From assembly GCA_017304105.1 (NCBI GenBank), contig JAFKLU010000355.1:1-36265 (forward strand): 36,265 nucleotides of DNA, written 5' to 3'. The notes under the pieces were generated by a model. That model was given only the letters and a program-made list of their open reading frames with translations. It was not told where the DNA came from and did not search any database. Shown here one piece after another: positions 10,545-19,198 of this stretch; positions within the stretch are counted from its first letter, which is position 1, and every line of letters begins with the position of its first letter. The DNA comes from Sphingomonadales bacterium (GTDB taxonomy: Bacteria > Pseudomonadota > Alphaproteobacteria > Sphingomonadales > Sphingomonadaceae). A program made the position numbers and the translations under genes.

Positions 10545-12056
10545 TCAGTTCACCGGCGCGCGCCGCCTGTAGCTCAGCGCCTCGGCGACATGGACGCGGC
10601 CGACCTGATCGGCTCCGGCAAGATCGGCGATGGTGCGCGCGACTCTCAAAACCCGCGTATAGCCCCGTGCGGAAAGCTTCATCGCGGCGGCGGCCTGGGC
10701 GAGCAGGTCACGCCCGGCCTCGTCCGGCGTCGCGATGTCCTCCAGCGCCTGGCCCTCAAGCTCGGCATTGGTGCGGGCGCCGCCGCAGTCGGCGGCACGG
10801 GCGGTCTGGCGGGTGCGGGCCTGCGCCACGCGGGCGGCAACCTGCGCCGATCCCTCGGCGGGCGGCGGCAGGACCAGATCGGCGGCGGTGACGGCGGCGA
10901 CGTCGACATGCAGGTCGATGCGATCGAGCAGCGGGCCGGAGACCTTGGCCTGATAATCGCTGGCGCAGCGTGGCGCGCGCGAGCAGGCGAGGGCAGGATC
11001 GGCGAGATGGCCGCACCGACAGGGATTCATCGCCGCGATGAGCTGGACGCGCGCCGGGAACGTCACATGGGCATTGGCGCGCGCGACGCTGACCTCGCCC
11101 GTCTCCAGCGGCTGGCGCAGGCTGTCGAGCACCACGCGCTGGAACTCGGGCAATTCATCGAGGAAGAGCACGCCAAGATGCGCGAGGCTGACCTCGCCGG
11201 GCTTCACGCGCAGCCCGCCGCCCACGAGCGCCGCCATGGAGGCGCTGTGGTGCGGCGCGCGATAGGGTCGCGTCTGGCTGATCCGCCCGCCATTGAGCGT
11301 GCCCGCCACCGAGGCGACCATCGAGACTTCCAGCGCTTCGGCCGGCGTGAGGGGAGGCAATATGCCGGGCAGGCAGCTCGCCATCAGCGATTTGCCGGAG
11401 CCGGGCGGGCCGGCCATCAGCAGATTGTGCCCGCCCGCCGCCGCGATCTCCAGCGCGCGCTTGGCCGTTTCCTGGCCCTTCACCTGGAGGAGATCGGGGC
11501 CGTGCCGGGGCGGCTCGGCTTCCCCCGGCTCCGGGCGGGGCAATATGGTCGAGCCTTTGAGATGATTGATGAGCGCGAGCAGATCGGGCGCGGCAAGAAC
11601 CCCGCCCGAGCCCGCCCAGGCCGCCTCGGTGCCCTGCGCCGCCGGGCAGATGAGGCGCAGGTCGCGCTGGGCGGCATGCAGCGCCGCGAGCAGCACCCCC
11701 GGCACCGGCGCGATGCGCCCATCGAGGCCAAGCTCGCCCACGACGAGATGCTCGGACAGATCCTCGGCATCGACCACGCCCATGGCGGCGAGCAGCGCCA
11801 GCGCGATCGGCAGGTCGTAATGCGAGCCTTCCTTGGGCAGATCGGCTGGAGAGAGATTGACCGTGATCCGCTTGGGCGGAAGCGAGAGGCCGATGGCGGC
11901 GATGGCGTTGCGCACGCGCTCGCGGCTCTCGGCCACGGCCTTGTCTGCCAGACCCACGACGATGAAGTTGGGGAGCCCTGAGACGAGCTGGCACTGCACC
12001 TCGACCGGCCGCGCTTCAAGGCCCAGAAACGCGACTGTCGCAACGGTTGCGATCAA
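10545..12056 (-). CDS. comM: YifB/ComM Mg-chelatase-like AAA+ ATPase
   Basis: ITVNLSPADLPKEGSHYDLPIA, GPPGSGKS, PHHSAS, GVLFLDELPEF, AAMNPCRCG, SGPLLDRID, RVARTIADL. Confidence 0.95.
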   Translation of the reverse strand: MIATVATVAFLGLEARPVEVQCQLVSGLPNFIVVGLADKAVAESRERVRNAIAAIGLSLPPKRITVNLSPADLPKEGSHYDLPIALALLAAMGVVDAEDLSEHLVVGELGLDGRIAPVPGVLLAALHAAQRDLRLICPAAQGTEAAWAGSGGVLAAPDLLALINHLKGSTILPRPEPGEAEPPRHGPDLLQVKGQETAKRALEIAAAGGHNLLMAGPPGSGKSLMASCLPGILPPLTPAEALEVSMVASVAGTLNGGRISQTRPYRAPHHSASMAALVGGGLRVKPGEVSLAHLGVLFLDELPEFQRVVLDSLRQPLETGEVSVARANAHVTFPARVQLIAAMNPCRCGHLADPALACSRAPRCASDYQAKVSGPLLDRIDLHVDVAAVTAADLVLPPPAEGSAQVAARVAQARTRQTARAADCGGARTNAELEGQALEDIATPDEAGRDLLAQAAAAMKLSARGYTRVLRVARTIADLAGADQVGRVHVAEALSYRRRAPVN

Positions 12057-12063
12057 CTCTGCT

Positions 12064-12078
12064 GTCCCCCTTTTGTTC
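12064..12078 (-). promoter_or_regulatory. Candidate alphaproteobacterial LexA (SOS) box upstream of comM
   Basis: Plus strand GTCC-N7-GTTC (minus GAAC-N7-GGAC), one mismatch to GTTC-N7-GTTC, 7 nt before the comM start. Confidence 0.65.
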
Positions 12079-12098
12079 CCCGCAGCGGATATGCCGGG

Positions 12099-12821
12099 TC
12101 AAGCGGCGGGAGTCGAGCCTTTTTGCATGGGTTCATAGCGGCGCGGCAGGGCGAAGAGGGTGACCAAGCGCGCTTCGAGATCGCGGTCGCCGCTCAGGGA
12201 GAGGACGCCCGCCGCCTCCAGGTCGGCGAGCGGTGCCTTGCCGTAGAAGCGCGCCGCGAGGCCGCGCGCGGTGCCGCGATAAGCAAGGTCGGGTGCGCTC
12301 GCCGCGCCCGCCTCGATGCTCAGCCGCCCGGCTTGGAGCTGGCCCCGATAGGGCGTACCGGCGATGTCGAAGCCGAGCGTCAGGGCAAGGTCGCCGGCCG
12401 CCGCTGCATCCAGATTGATCTTGAGCGAGAGCAGCATGGCGACCCCGCTCAGCGGCAACATGCGATCATGGCCGGGCGAGCGATACGCCCATTTGGCCAT
12501 CGCCAGCACCATCGGCTCGATCTCGCGGCCCCATTCGGTCAGCCCATAGACCTGCACATTGGCGGGCGGAGGCAGGCGCAGCCGCTCGACAATATGCCGC
12601 TCCTCCAGCTCCGTCAGGCGCTGGGTCAGCACATTGGCGCTCAGCCCCGGCAGCGCCGCGCGCAGGTCCGAGAAGCGGCGCGGCCCCAGCAGCAGCTCCC
12701 GCAGGATGTTCAGGGCCCAGCGCTCACCGACCAGATCCAGCCCGTGCGCCAGCCCGCAGGCATCGTCAAAACGGCGCTTTCGCGCGCCTTTCGACTCAAT
12801 AGTTATGTTTTCTAACCCCAT
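12099..12821 (-). CDS. HxlR/DUF24 winged-helix regulator with a C-terminal SCP2-like extension
   Basis: DDACGLAHGLDLVGERWALNILRELLLGPRRFSDLR..LTQRLTELE..YGLTEWG, plus about 110 extra C-terminal residues. Confidence 0.88.
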   Translation of the reverse strand: MGLENITIESKGARKRRFDDACGLAHGLDLVGERWALNILRELLLGPRRFSDLRAALPGLSANVLTQRLTELEERHIVERLRLPPPANVQVYGLTEWGREIEPMVLAMAKWAYRSPGHDRMLPLSGVAMLLSLKINLDAAAAGDLALTLGFDIAGTPYRGQLQAGRLSIEAGAASAPDLAYRGTARGLAARFYGKAPLADLEAAGVLSLSGDRDLEARLVTLFALPRRYEPMQKGSTPAA

Positions 12822-12837
12822 AGTTGCATTATCTAAT
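12799..12837. promoter_or_regulatory. Tandem operator candidates for the HxlR regulator
   Basis: ATAGTTATGTTTTCTAAC (12799-12816) and ATAGTTGCATTATCTAAT (12820-12837), 21 bp apart. The first has a GTTA-N7-TAAC dyad. AT-rich island in GC-rich DNA. Confidence 0.65.
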
Positions 12838-12903
12838 TTTCGGAGGCAGGATTGTCAATGTCGGGCGAATCGCTCGGCGGGAGGGAACTGAAGGAGAGCT
12901 GCC

Positions 12904-13326
12904 GTGGAGAAGATGATCTTCGTGAACCTGCCGGTGAGCGATCTCGCGAGGTCCATTGCCTTCTACGAGGCGATCGGGGCGAGCGCGGACCCGGTGTTTC
13001 GCGACGAAAGCGCGCAGATGATGCGCCTCTCCGAAACCATCTGCGTGATGCTGCTGACGCATGAAAAGTTCAGCAGCTTCACCGCGCGCAAGATCCCCAA
13101 CGCGCATGAGACGGCGCAGGTGCTGCTCGCGCTGTCAGCGCAGAGCCGTGACGAGGTGGATGACATCACCCGCAAGGCCGGGGCGGCCGGCGGCATCGCA
13201 GACCCAAATCCCGTGCAGGAGCATGGCTTCATGTATGGCCGCAGCTTTGCCGATCCGGATGGCCATATCTGGGAGCTGGCGTGGATGGACATGGCAGCAG
13301 CGATGCCCCAGGCCGAGACGGCCTGA
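12904..13326 (+). CDS. VOC/glyoxalase (lactoylglutathione lyase-like) protein
   Basis: MIFVNLPVSDLARSIAFY..MYGRSFADPDGHIWE; SD AAGGAG. Confidence 0.9.
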   Translation: MEKMIFVNLPVSDLARSIAFYEAIGASADPVFRDESAQMMRLSETICVMLLTHEKFSSFTARKIPNAHETAQVLLALSAQSRDEVDDITRKAGAAGGIADPNPVQEHGFMYGRSFADPDGHIWELAWMDMAAAMPQAETA

Positions 13327-13358
13327 GCGCGCCCGCAAGACAAAGTCGGAGGGAGCCC

Positions 13359-13589
13359 ATGTCGTTCCAGGCCTATCTCGATAACATCCAGGCCAAGACC
13401 GGCCAGACGCCGGACGACTTCCGCCGCTATGCCGAATGGCAGGGCTATGTGGAGGGCGGCAAGCTCAAGCCGGGCCTGAAGGCGGGCACCATCGTCGCGG
13501 ATCTGAAGCGGGACTTCGATCTTGGCCATGGTCACGCCATGGCGATCTTCGCGCTGCTCAAGGGGCACAAGAAGGAAGGCGACGGCTAG
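13359..13589 (+). CDS. DUF4287-like small protein
   Basis: MSFQAYLDNIQAKTG..LKRDFDLGHGHAMAI; SD GGAG. Confidence 0.8.
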   Translation: MSFQAYLDNIQAKTGQTPDDFRRYAEWQGYVEGGKLKPGLKAGTIVADLKRDFDLGHGHAMAIFALLKGHKKEGDG

Positions 13590-13687
13590 GCCGGCTCCCC
13601 CGGCCTGCCAAGGGGCGGGGCGCGTCACCGAACAGGGCTGAGGACGCCGGCGCGTCCTCACCGACCTTGCGACACAAGGAGGACGAG

Positions 13688-14359
13688 ATGCCGCAGCGAG
13701 AACATGCCGCCATCGAGGTAACCGGGTTCGCCTGGGTGCCGCCCTTTGCCCGCGGCCGGGTGCGCGATCTGCGCGTGCGCTGGGCGCTGGAGGAGATCGG
13801 GCTGGATTATGCCACCCGGCACATCAGCGCGGTAGAGCGGCCGCCGGCCTATTTCGGCGAGCAGCCCTATGGGCAGGTGCCCTATTACCGGGAAGGCGAG
13901 ATCGAGATGTTCGAGAGCGGCGCGATCGTGCTGCACATCGCCGAAAAGGACGAGCGCCTGCTGCCGCGCGATCCGGCAGGCCGCGCCCGCGCCATCACCT
14001 GGCTGATCAGCGCGCTCAACAGCGTGGAGCCCTATGTCATGAACATCATGACGATCGACCACTTCTGCGTCGGGCAGGACTGGGCCGTCCTGCGGCGCCC
14101 GGCGATGGTGGAGATGATGGAGCGGCGCCTCGCGCACCTTTCCGCCGCGCTCGGCGACAAGGACTGGCTCGAGGGCCGCTTCACCGCCGCCGACCTCATG
14201 ATGGTGGACGTGCTGCGCATCCTGCGGCCGGATCAGCTCTCCATTCCCCAAAATCTGCAGGATTATGTTGCGCGGGGCGAGGGACGCCCCGCCTTCCAGG
14301 CCGCTCTTGCGGCGCAAATGGCCGACTTTCTCTCGGACGAAGAAGGAATGACCGCATGA
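13688..14359 (+). CDS. Glutathione S-transferase family protein
   Basis: RDLRVRWALEE, QPYGQVP, FESGAI, FTAADL, RPAF; SD AAGGAGG. Confidence 0.92.
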   Translation: MPQREHAAIEVTGFAWVPPFARGRVRDLRVRWALEEIGLDYATRHISAVERPPAYFGEQPYGQVPYYREGEIEMFESGAIVLHIAEKDERLLPRDPAGRARAITWLISALNSVEPYVMNIMTIDHFCVGQDWAVLRRPAMVEMMERRLAHLSAALGDKDWLEGRFTAADLMMVDVLRILRPDQLSIPQNLQDYVARGEGRPAFQAALAAQMADFLSDEEGMTA

Positions 14360-14712
14360 CCTATATTGATGGCTTTCTCTGCCCGGTGAAGCCGAGGCGC
14401 AAGGACGACTATATCGCCATGGCGAAGATGGCGTCGCCGCTGTTCATCGAACATGGCGCCCTGCGCGTCGTTGAGTGCTGGAATGACGATCTCATGGTCG
14501 GCAAGGTCAACGACTTCCGCACCGCGGTGCTCGCCGAGCAAGGCGAGGATGTCGTCTTCTCCTGGATCGAATGGCCGGACAAGGCCGCCCGGGACGCCGG
14601 TTGGGAGAAGCTGATGGCGGACGAGCGCATGAAAGGGCCGGAGGACAATCCCATGGCCGGCGCGCGCATGATCTACGGCGGCTATGCGGTCATCCTGGAC
14701 GAGAAGGCCTGA
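14356..14712 (+). CDS. DUF1428 family protein
   Basis: MTYIDGF..HGALRVVECW..VVFSWIEWPDKAARD..RMIYGGY; ATGA overlap with the GST gene. Confidence 0.88.
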   Translation: MTYIDGFLCPVKPRRKDDYIAMAKMASPLFIEHGALRVVECWNDDLMVGKVNDFRTAVLAEQGEDVVFSWIEWPDKAARDAGWEKLMADERMKGPEDNPMAGARMIYGGYAVILDEKA

Positions 14713-14744
14713 AGGCCTCCGGACAAGCGCCAAGGAGAGGAAAG

Positions 14745-15515
14745 ATGCCCAACAAGCAAGGCGAGTTCATCTGGTATGAGCTGATGACGCCGAACATCGA
14801 CGCGGCGAAGACCTTTTATGAGGCTGTGGTCGGCTGGAAGATCGGCGATGCCAGCGCCACGCCCGGCATGGACTATCGCATGATCAGCGCGCCCGATGCG
14901 ATGGTGGGCGGGGTCATGCCGATCGATGCGGACATGGCCGCGCATGGCGCCCGGCCGATCTGGGTCGGCTATATTGGCGTCGAGGATGTCGATGCGATGG
15001 TCGACAGGAGCAAGGCGGCGGGTGGCGCGGTCCATATGGGGCCGGTCGACATTCCCGGCGCGGGCCGCCTCGCCATGGCGACCGATCCGCAAGGCGCGCT
15101 CTTCTATGTGATGCGCGGCGCAGTCGAGGATGGGACGAGCAGCGCCTTCTCGGCGGAGGCCGTGGGGCACTGCGCCTGGAACGAGCTCTCCACCCCGGAC
15201 CAGCGCGCGGCGCATGCGTTCTATGAAGGGCTGTTCGGCTGGACCAACCCGGAGTCCATGCCGATGGGCGAGATGGGCGACTATCGCTTCCTCTATGTGG
15301 ACGCGCTGCGCATCGGCGCCACCGTCGAGCGCAAGGATATGCCGGCCGCCTGGCTGCATTACTTCACCGTCGCGTCGATCAACGCGGCCGTCGAAGCCGT
15401 GAAGGCGGGCGGGGGGACGATCCTCATGGGCCCGCATGAAGTGCCCGGCGGCGGCCATATCATCATCGGCACGGACCCGCAGGGCGCGCAATTCGCTCTG
15501 ACGGGGCCGCTTTGA
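14745..15515 (+). CDS. Two-domain VOC family protein (27-kDa glyoxalase-like)
   Basis: FIWYELMT..FY..VGW and CAWNELST..FY..FGW; DPQGA occurs twice. Confidence 0.9.
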   Translation: MPNKQGEFIWYELMTPNIDAAKTFYEAVVGWKIGDASATPGMDYRMISAPDAMVGGVMPIDADMAAHGARPIWVGYIGVEDVDAMVDRSKAAGGAVHMGPVDIPGAGRLAMATDPQGALFYVMRGAVEDGTSSAFSAEAVGHCAWNELSTPDQRAAHAFYEGLFGWTNPESMPMGEMGDYRFLYVDALRIGATVERKDMPAAWLHYFTVASINAAVEAVKAGGGTILMGPHEVPGGGHIIIGTDPQGAQFALTGPL

Positions 15516-15526
15516 GGAGAGGGGCG

Positions 15527-16024
15527 ATGAGCAATCCGATCACGCCGTGCATCTGGATGAACGGCACCGCCGAGGAAGCCGCGAACTTCTACGTCTCGCT
15601 GTTCGACGATTCGCGGATCGACGCTGTCATGCGCTACACCGCCGACCAGCCGTTCCCCCCGAGCTTTCCGCCCGGCACGGCCTTGATGGTGAGCTTCACC
15701 ATCAAGGGCCAGCCATTCGCCACGCTGAATGGCGGCCCGCAATTCCCTCAAACCGAGGCGGTCTCCTTCGTCATCCCGGTGGAATCGCAGGCCGAGCTTG
15801 ACCGCTACTGGACCGCGCTCATCGCGGACGGCGGCGCGGAGAGCATGTGCGGCTGGTGCAAGGACAAATACGGCGTCTCCTGGCAGGTCGTGCCGCGCCA
15901 GCTGCTCGATATGCAGCACAGCGGCACCAGGGAACAGGTGGCGCGGTTGTGGCGTGCGCTGTTAGCGATGCGCAAGCTTGATCTCGCCGCGCTGGAGGCG
16001 GCTTTTGCGGGGGAGGCGGCGTGA
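15527..16024 (+). CDS. PhnB / 3-dmu-9_3-mt-type VOC protein
   Basis: ITPCIW..AEEAANFY, LNGGPQF..EAVSF, CGWCKDKYGVSWQVVP, MRKLDLAAL. Confidence 0.9.
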   Translation: MSNPITPCIWMNGTAEEAANFYVSLFDDSRIDAVMRYTADQPFPPSFPPGTALMVSFTIKGQPFATLNGGPQFPQTEAVSFVIPVESQAELDRYWTALIADGGAESMCGWCKDKYGVSWQVVPRQLLDMQHSGTREQVARLWRALLAMRKLDLAALEAAFAGEAA

Positions 16025-16689
16025 GCTACGCACTCTATGCGCATCCCTTCTCCAGCTATTGCTGGAAGGCGCTCATCGCGCTGTACGAGAAGGAACTCCC
16101 CTTCGACTATCGCATCGTCGAGACCGAGGCGGCGATGGAGGCGCTGCGCGGGCACTGGCCGCTCGGCAAGTTTCCCGTGCTGGTGGACGAGGCGAAGACC
16201 GACGGCGGCGCGCCGGTGATCGAATCCACCACGATCATCGAATATCTGGACTTGCGCCATTATGATCGTGCGCCGCTCATCCCCGCCAATCCCGTGGATG
16301 CGCTCGAGGTGCGGTTCATGGACCGCGTGTTCGACAATCATGTGATGACGCCCATGAACGCGATCGTGCAGGAATATCTGCGCAACCGGGATGCGCCGGA
16401 CCAGAGCCGGATCGCGCCGGCGCATGCGGCGCTGGACGCCATCTATGCATGGCTCGACGGGCGCCTGGCTGGGCATAGCTGGGCCTCGGCTCATGGCTTC
16501 AGCCTGGCGGACATCGCGGCTGCGCCGTCGCTCTTCTATGCCGACTGGGTGCGGCCGATCCCCGAGGGTCTGGCCAATCTCCGGGCCTATCGGGCGCGGT
16601 TGAACGCGCGGCCATCCATTGCGCGCTGCATCGAGGAGGCGCGGCCCTATCGCGGCTATTTCCCACCCGGCGCGCCCGATCGGGACTGA
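16021..16689 (+). CDS. Glutathione S-transferase family protein
   Basis: LYAHPFSSYCWKALIALYEK, GKFPVL, IESTTIIEYL, FSLADIAAAPSLFYADW. Confidence 0.92.
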   Translation: MSYALYAHPFSSYCWKALIALYEKELPFDYRIVETEAAMEALRGHWPLGKFPVLVDEAKTDGGAPVIESTTIIEYLDLRHYDRAPLIPANPVDALEVRFMDRVFDNHVMTPMNAIVQEYLRNRDAPDQSRIAPAHAALDAIYAWLDGRLAGHSWASAHGFSLADIAAAPSLFYADWVRPIPEGLANLRAYRARLNARPSIARCIEEARPYRGYFPPGAPDRD

Positions 16690-16746
16690 GCCGACCCTGC
16701 GCTCGCCGCGGACCGGCGGCGCTCATCCATGACAAGGACCCGTGCA

Positions 16747-17208
16747 ATGACCGATGTGGCAAATGACGAGCAACGCATCCTCAGCGTCTCCACCTATATC
16801 GACGCCCCGCCCCAAAAAGTGTGGGAGATCCTCACCGCGCGTCAGGAGGAATGGTGGTGCCCCAAGCCCCGGCGTGTCGAAATCGTCGAGCAGGATTGGC
16901 GCCCCGGCGGGCGCGCGGCGATGATCATGCATGGCCCCAATGGCGAGCAGATGCCGCAGGAAGGCGTCTTTCTGGAGGTGGCGCCCGGCAGCCACTTCAT
17001 CTCCACCGATGCCTGCACGGTCGGCTGGAAGCCCGCGGCGCCCTTCATGGTCGGCAAGTGGGCGATCGAACCGGAAGGCGAGGGCACGCGCTACACCGGC
17101 TCGGCACAGCACTGGACGCAGGAGGCCTACACCCAGCACAAGGAGATGGGCTTTCTCGAAGGCTGGGGCGCCGTGGCGCAGCAGCTCAAGGCGCTCTGCG
17201 AGGCCTGA
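16747..17208 (+). CDS. SRPBCC/AHSA1-like ligand-binding protein
   Basis: IDAPPQKVW, WWCPKP, DWRPGG, GVFLEV, HKEMGFLEGWG. Confidence 0.88.
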   Translation: MTDVANDEQRILSVSTYIDAPPQKVWEILTARQEEWWCPKPRRVEIVEQDWRPGGRAAMIMHGPNGEQMPQEGVFLEVAPGSHFISTDACTVGWKPAAPFMVGKWAIEPEGEGTRYTGSAQHWTQEAYTQHKEMGFLEGWGAVAQQLKALCEA

Positions 17209-17210
17209 CG

Positions 17211-17240
17211 AAAAAAGGCCCCAGCGCCGGGCTGGGGCCT
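17211..17240. terminator. Terminator between the convergent operons (U-tract on the minus strand)
   Basis: AAAAA + AGGCCCCAGC-GCCGG-GCTGGGGCCT, a perfect 10-bp stem. Confidence 0.85.
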
Positions 17241-17285
17241 GCATCGTCTCAGAGCGGGCCTGCCGCGCTCACCAAGCGCGGGCGC

Positions 17286-18083
17286 CTAGTGAACGAAGCG
17301 CGCCACCACGTCGCGATAGGAGCGGCTGACCTTCACTTGGCTGCCGGATTCCAGCACGAGGAAGCACTCGCCATTGGTGTGCGGCTTCACTTGCCGGACC
17401 TGCGACAGATTGACGATGGTCGAGCGGTGGATGCGCTGGAAGTTGCGCGGATCGAGCCGCTTTTCCAGATCCTTCATCGTCTCGCGCAGGATGAGCGAAT
17501 TGTCCGCCGTGTAGATGCACATATAGTCGCCCGCCGCGTCGATCCGCTCGATCGTGTCGACGTCGATGCGGAAGATCTGGCCGCGATCCTTGATGTTGAT
17601 GAGCTTCTCGTAGCGGCTGGACGAGGGCGCCTCATTCTCGGGCGTTTCCGAAACGGCTTCCGGCGCCACTTCGGCGAGCACTTCGCGCAGTCGCTCGGCT
17701 TCGTCCACCTGGCGCTTCTGGTGCAGGCGCTGGCGCGCGCGGTCGAGCGCATCGGCGAGGCGCTGATCGTCCACCGGCTTCATGAGATAGTCGATCGCCT
17801 GCGCCTCGAAGGCGCGGACGGCGTGGTCGGAATAAGCCGTGACGAAGATGAACAGCGGCGGTTCCACTTCCATCACGCCCTGCACGACCGAGAAGCCGTC
17901 GAAGCCGGGCATCTGGATGTCGAGGAAGACGAGGTCGGGCTTGTGCGTCTTGATCGCGCGGATCGCCTCGCGGCCATTGGTGCAGGTTTCGACGATCTCC
18001 ACGTCGGGATGCGCCTGGAGCCGAAGCGTGAGGCCCTGGATCGCCAGGCTTTCATCGTCGACGAGAATTGTGCGTATGGTCAT
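17286..18083 (-). CDS. LytTR family DNA-binding response regulator
   Basis: REC domain (LVDDE, FLDIQMPG, FVTAY, DYLMKP) plus LytTR domain (AAGDY, FQRIHRSTIVN, VSRSY). Confidence 0.95.
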   Translation of the reverse strand: MTIRTILVDDESLAIQGLTLRLQAHPDVEIVETCTNGREAIRAIKTHKPDLVFLDIQMPGFDGFSVVQGVMEVEPPLFIFVTAYSDHAVRAFEAQAIDYLMKPVDDQRLADALDRARQRLHQKRQVDEAERLREVLAEVAPEAVSETPENEAPSSSRYEKLINIKDRGQIFRIDVDTIERIDAAGDYMCIYTADNSLILRETMKDLEKRLDPRNFQRIHRSTIVNLSQVRQVKPHTNGECFLVLESGSQVKVSRSYRDVVARFVH

Positions 18084-19198
18084 GCAGCTACCCTTGATGG
18101 TTCGGCAGTAATGAGCGGCATCTCGATGATGACGCTGTAGCCCCCCTCGGGCGGAGACCGGGTTTCCATGCTCTGCCGGTCTCCAAAAGCCTGGACCAGC
18201 CGATCACGAATATTGGCCAGGCCCACGCCCGTCCCCTTCGTCATGCGCTGATCCGATCCGTTCAAGCCGGGACCGGTGTCGGAAACGACGATCCGAACGT
18301 TTTCGCCGACAGGCTGCGCCGTCACCACGATGTCCGCTCCCTCCTCCTGCGGGGTTACGGCATATTTAATGGCGTTCTCGACCAAAGGTTGCAGCAGCAG
18401 CGAAGGAAGTCTGGCGGAGGCGACCGCCGGATGGATGTCGAACACCGAGCGCAGCCGCTCCTCGAAGCGCATCTTCTCGATGTCGAGATAGAGTTTGAGC
18501 GTCTCGATCTCCTGCTCCAGCGTCACCTGCGCGGTCGGCTCGTTGATGAGCGTGTAGCGCAGAAAGGCCGACAGGCGCGAGAGCATGGCATTGGCGCGCT
18601 CGGTCTGCTTGAGCAGCACGAGGGTGGAGATGCTGTTGAGCGTGTTGAACAGGAAATGCGGATTGAGCTGGTAGCGCAGCATGGCGAGCTGCGCGGCACT
18701 GGCCTGATTTTCCAGCAGCAGCAGCTGGTCGGCCTGCTCCTCCACGGTCAGGTAGAAATTGATCGCATAATAGAGCGCGGACCAGGCACCGAGCAGCGTG
18801 AAGTTGAGGTAGAAGGCGCCGAGGAACAGCTTGAGGCTGCTGCCATCCGCCGTGGGATTGAGCGTGGTGAACACCCAGGCATCAATGAAGGCGGAGGTGC
18901 CGCCGGCGAGGATCGCGACGATGATCGAGGTCGTCCAGGTGACGATCGGCCGCTGCTGCAGCAGGAAGCGATAGCCCACCGCCATCAGCAGCGTGAGCGA
19001 ATAGCCCGTCACTGTCGAGATGAGCACCGGCACGAGAAAGGAGATGGGCTGCCCGTTGGCGATGCCCGAGAGGCCGCGCAGCAGGAAGGCGCCCGTCCAG
19101 CCGAGCCCCTGCAAGGTCCAGAAGGCGCGGTTCTTGTCCGCGAAAAAGGGCTGCGCGCTGATGGGAAGGACGGTGGACACGCCGAGGTCAGGTTTCAT
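18080..19198 (-). CDS. LytS/YehU-type membrane sensor histidine kinase
   Basis: About four TM segments; LRYQLNPHFLFNTLN, LLLQPLVENAIKY, DTGPG, GVGLANIRDRL. Start approximate. Confidence 0.92.
   Translation of the reverse strand: MKPDLGVSTVLPISAQPFFADKNRAFWTLQGLGWTGAFLLRGLSGIANGQPISFLVPVLISTVTGYSLTLLMAVGYRFLLQQRPIVTWTTSIIVAILAGGTSAFIDAWVFTTLNPTADGSSLKLFLGAFYLNFTLLGAWSALYYAINFYLTVEEQADQLLLLENQASAAQLAMLRYQLNPHFLFNTLNSISTLVLLKQTERANAMLSRLSAFLRYTLINEPTAQVTLEQEIETLKLYLDIEKMRFEERLRSVFDIHPAVASARLPSLLLQPLVENAIKYAVTPQEEGADIVVTAQPVGENVRIVVSDTGPGLNGSDQRMTKGTGVGLANIRDRLVQAFGDRQSMETRSPPEGGYSVIIEMPLITAEPSRVAA
18353..18369 (-). promoter_or_regulatory. Candidate CtrA box inside the kinase CDS (TTAA-N7-GTAACC)
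   Basis: Written with ATT AAA TAT GCC GTA ACC, codons atypical for this genome; about 270 bp upstream of the LytTR start. Confidence 0.45.
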
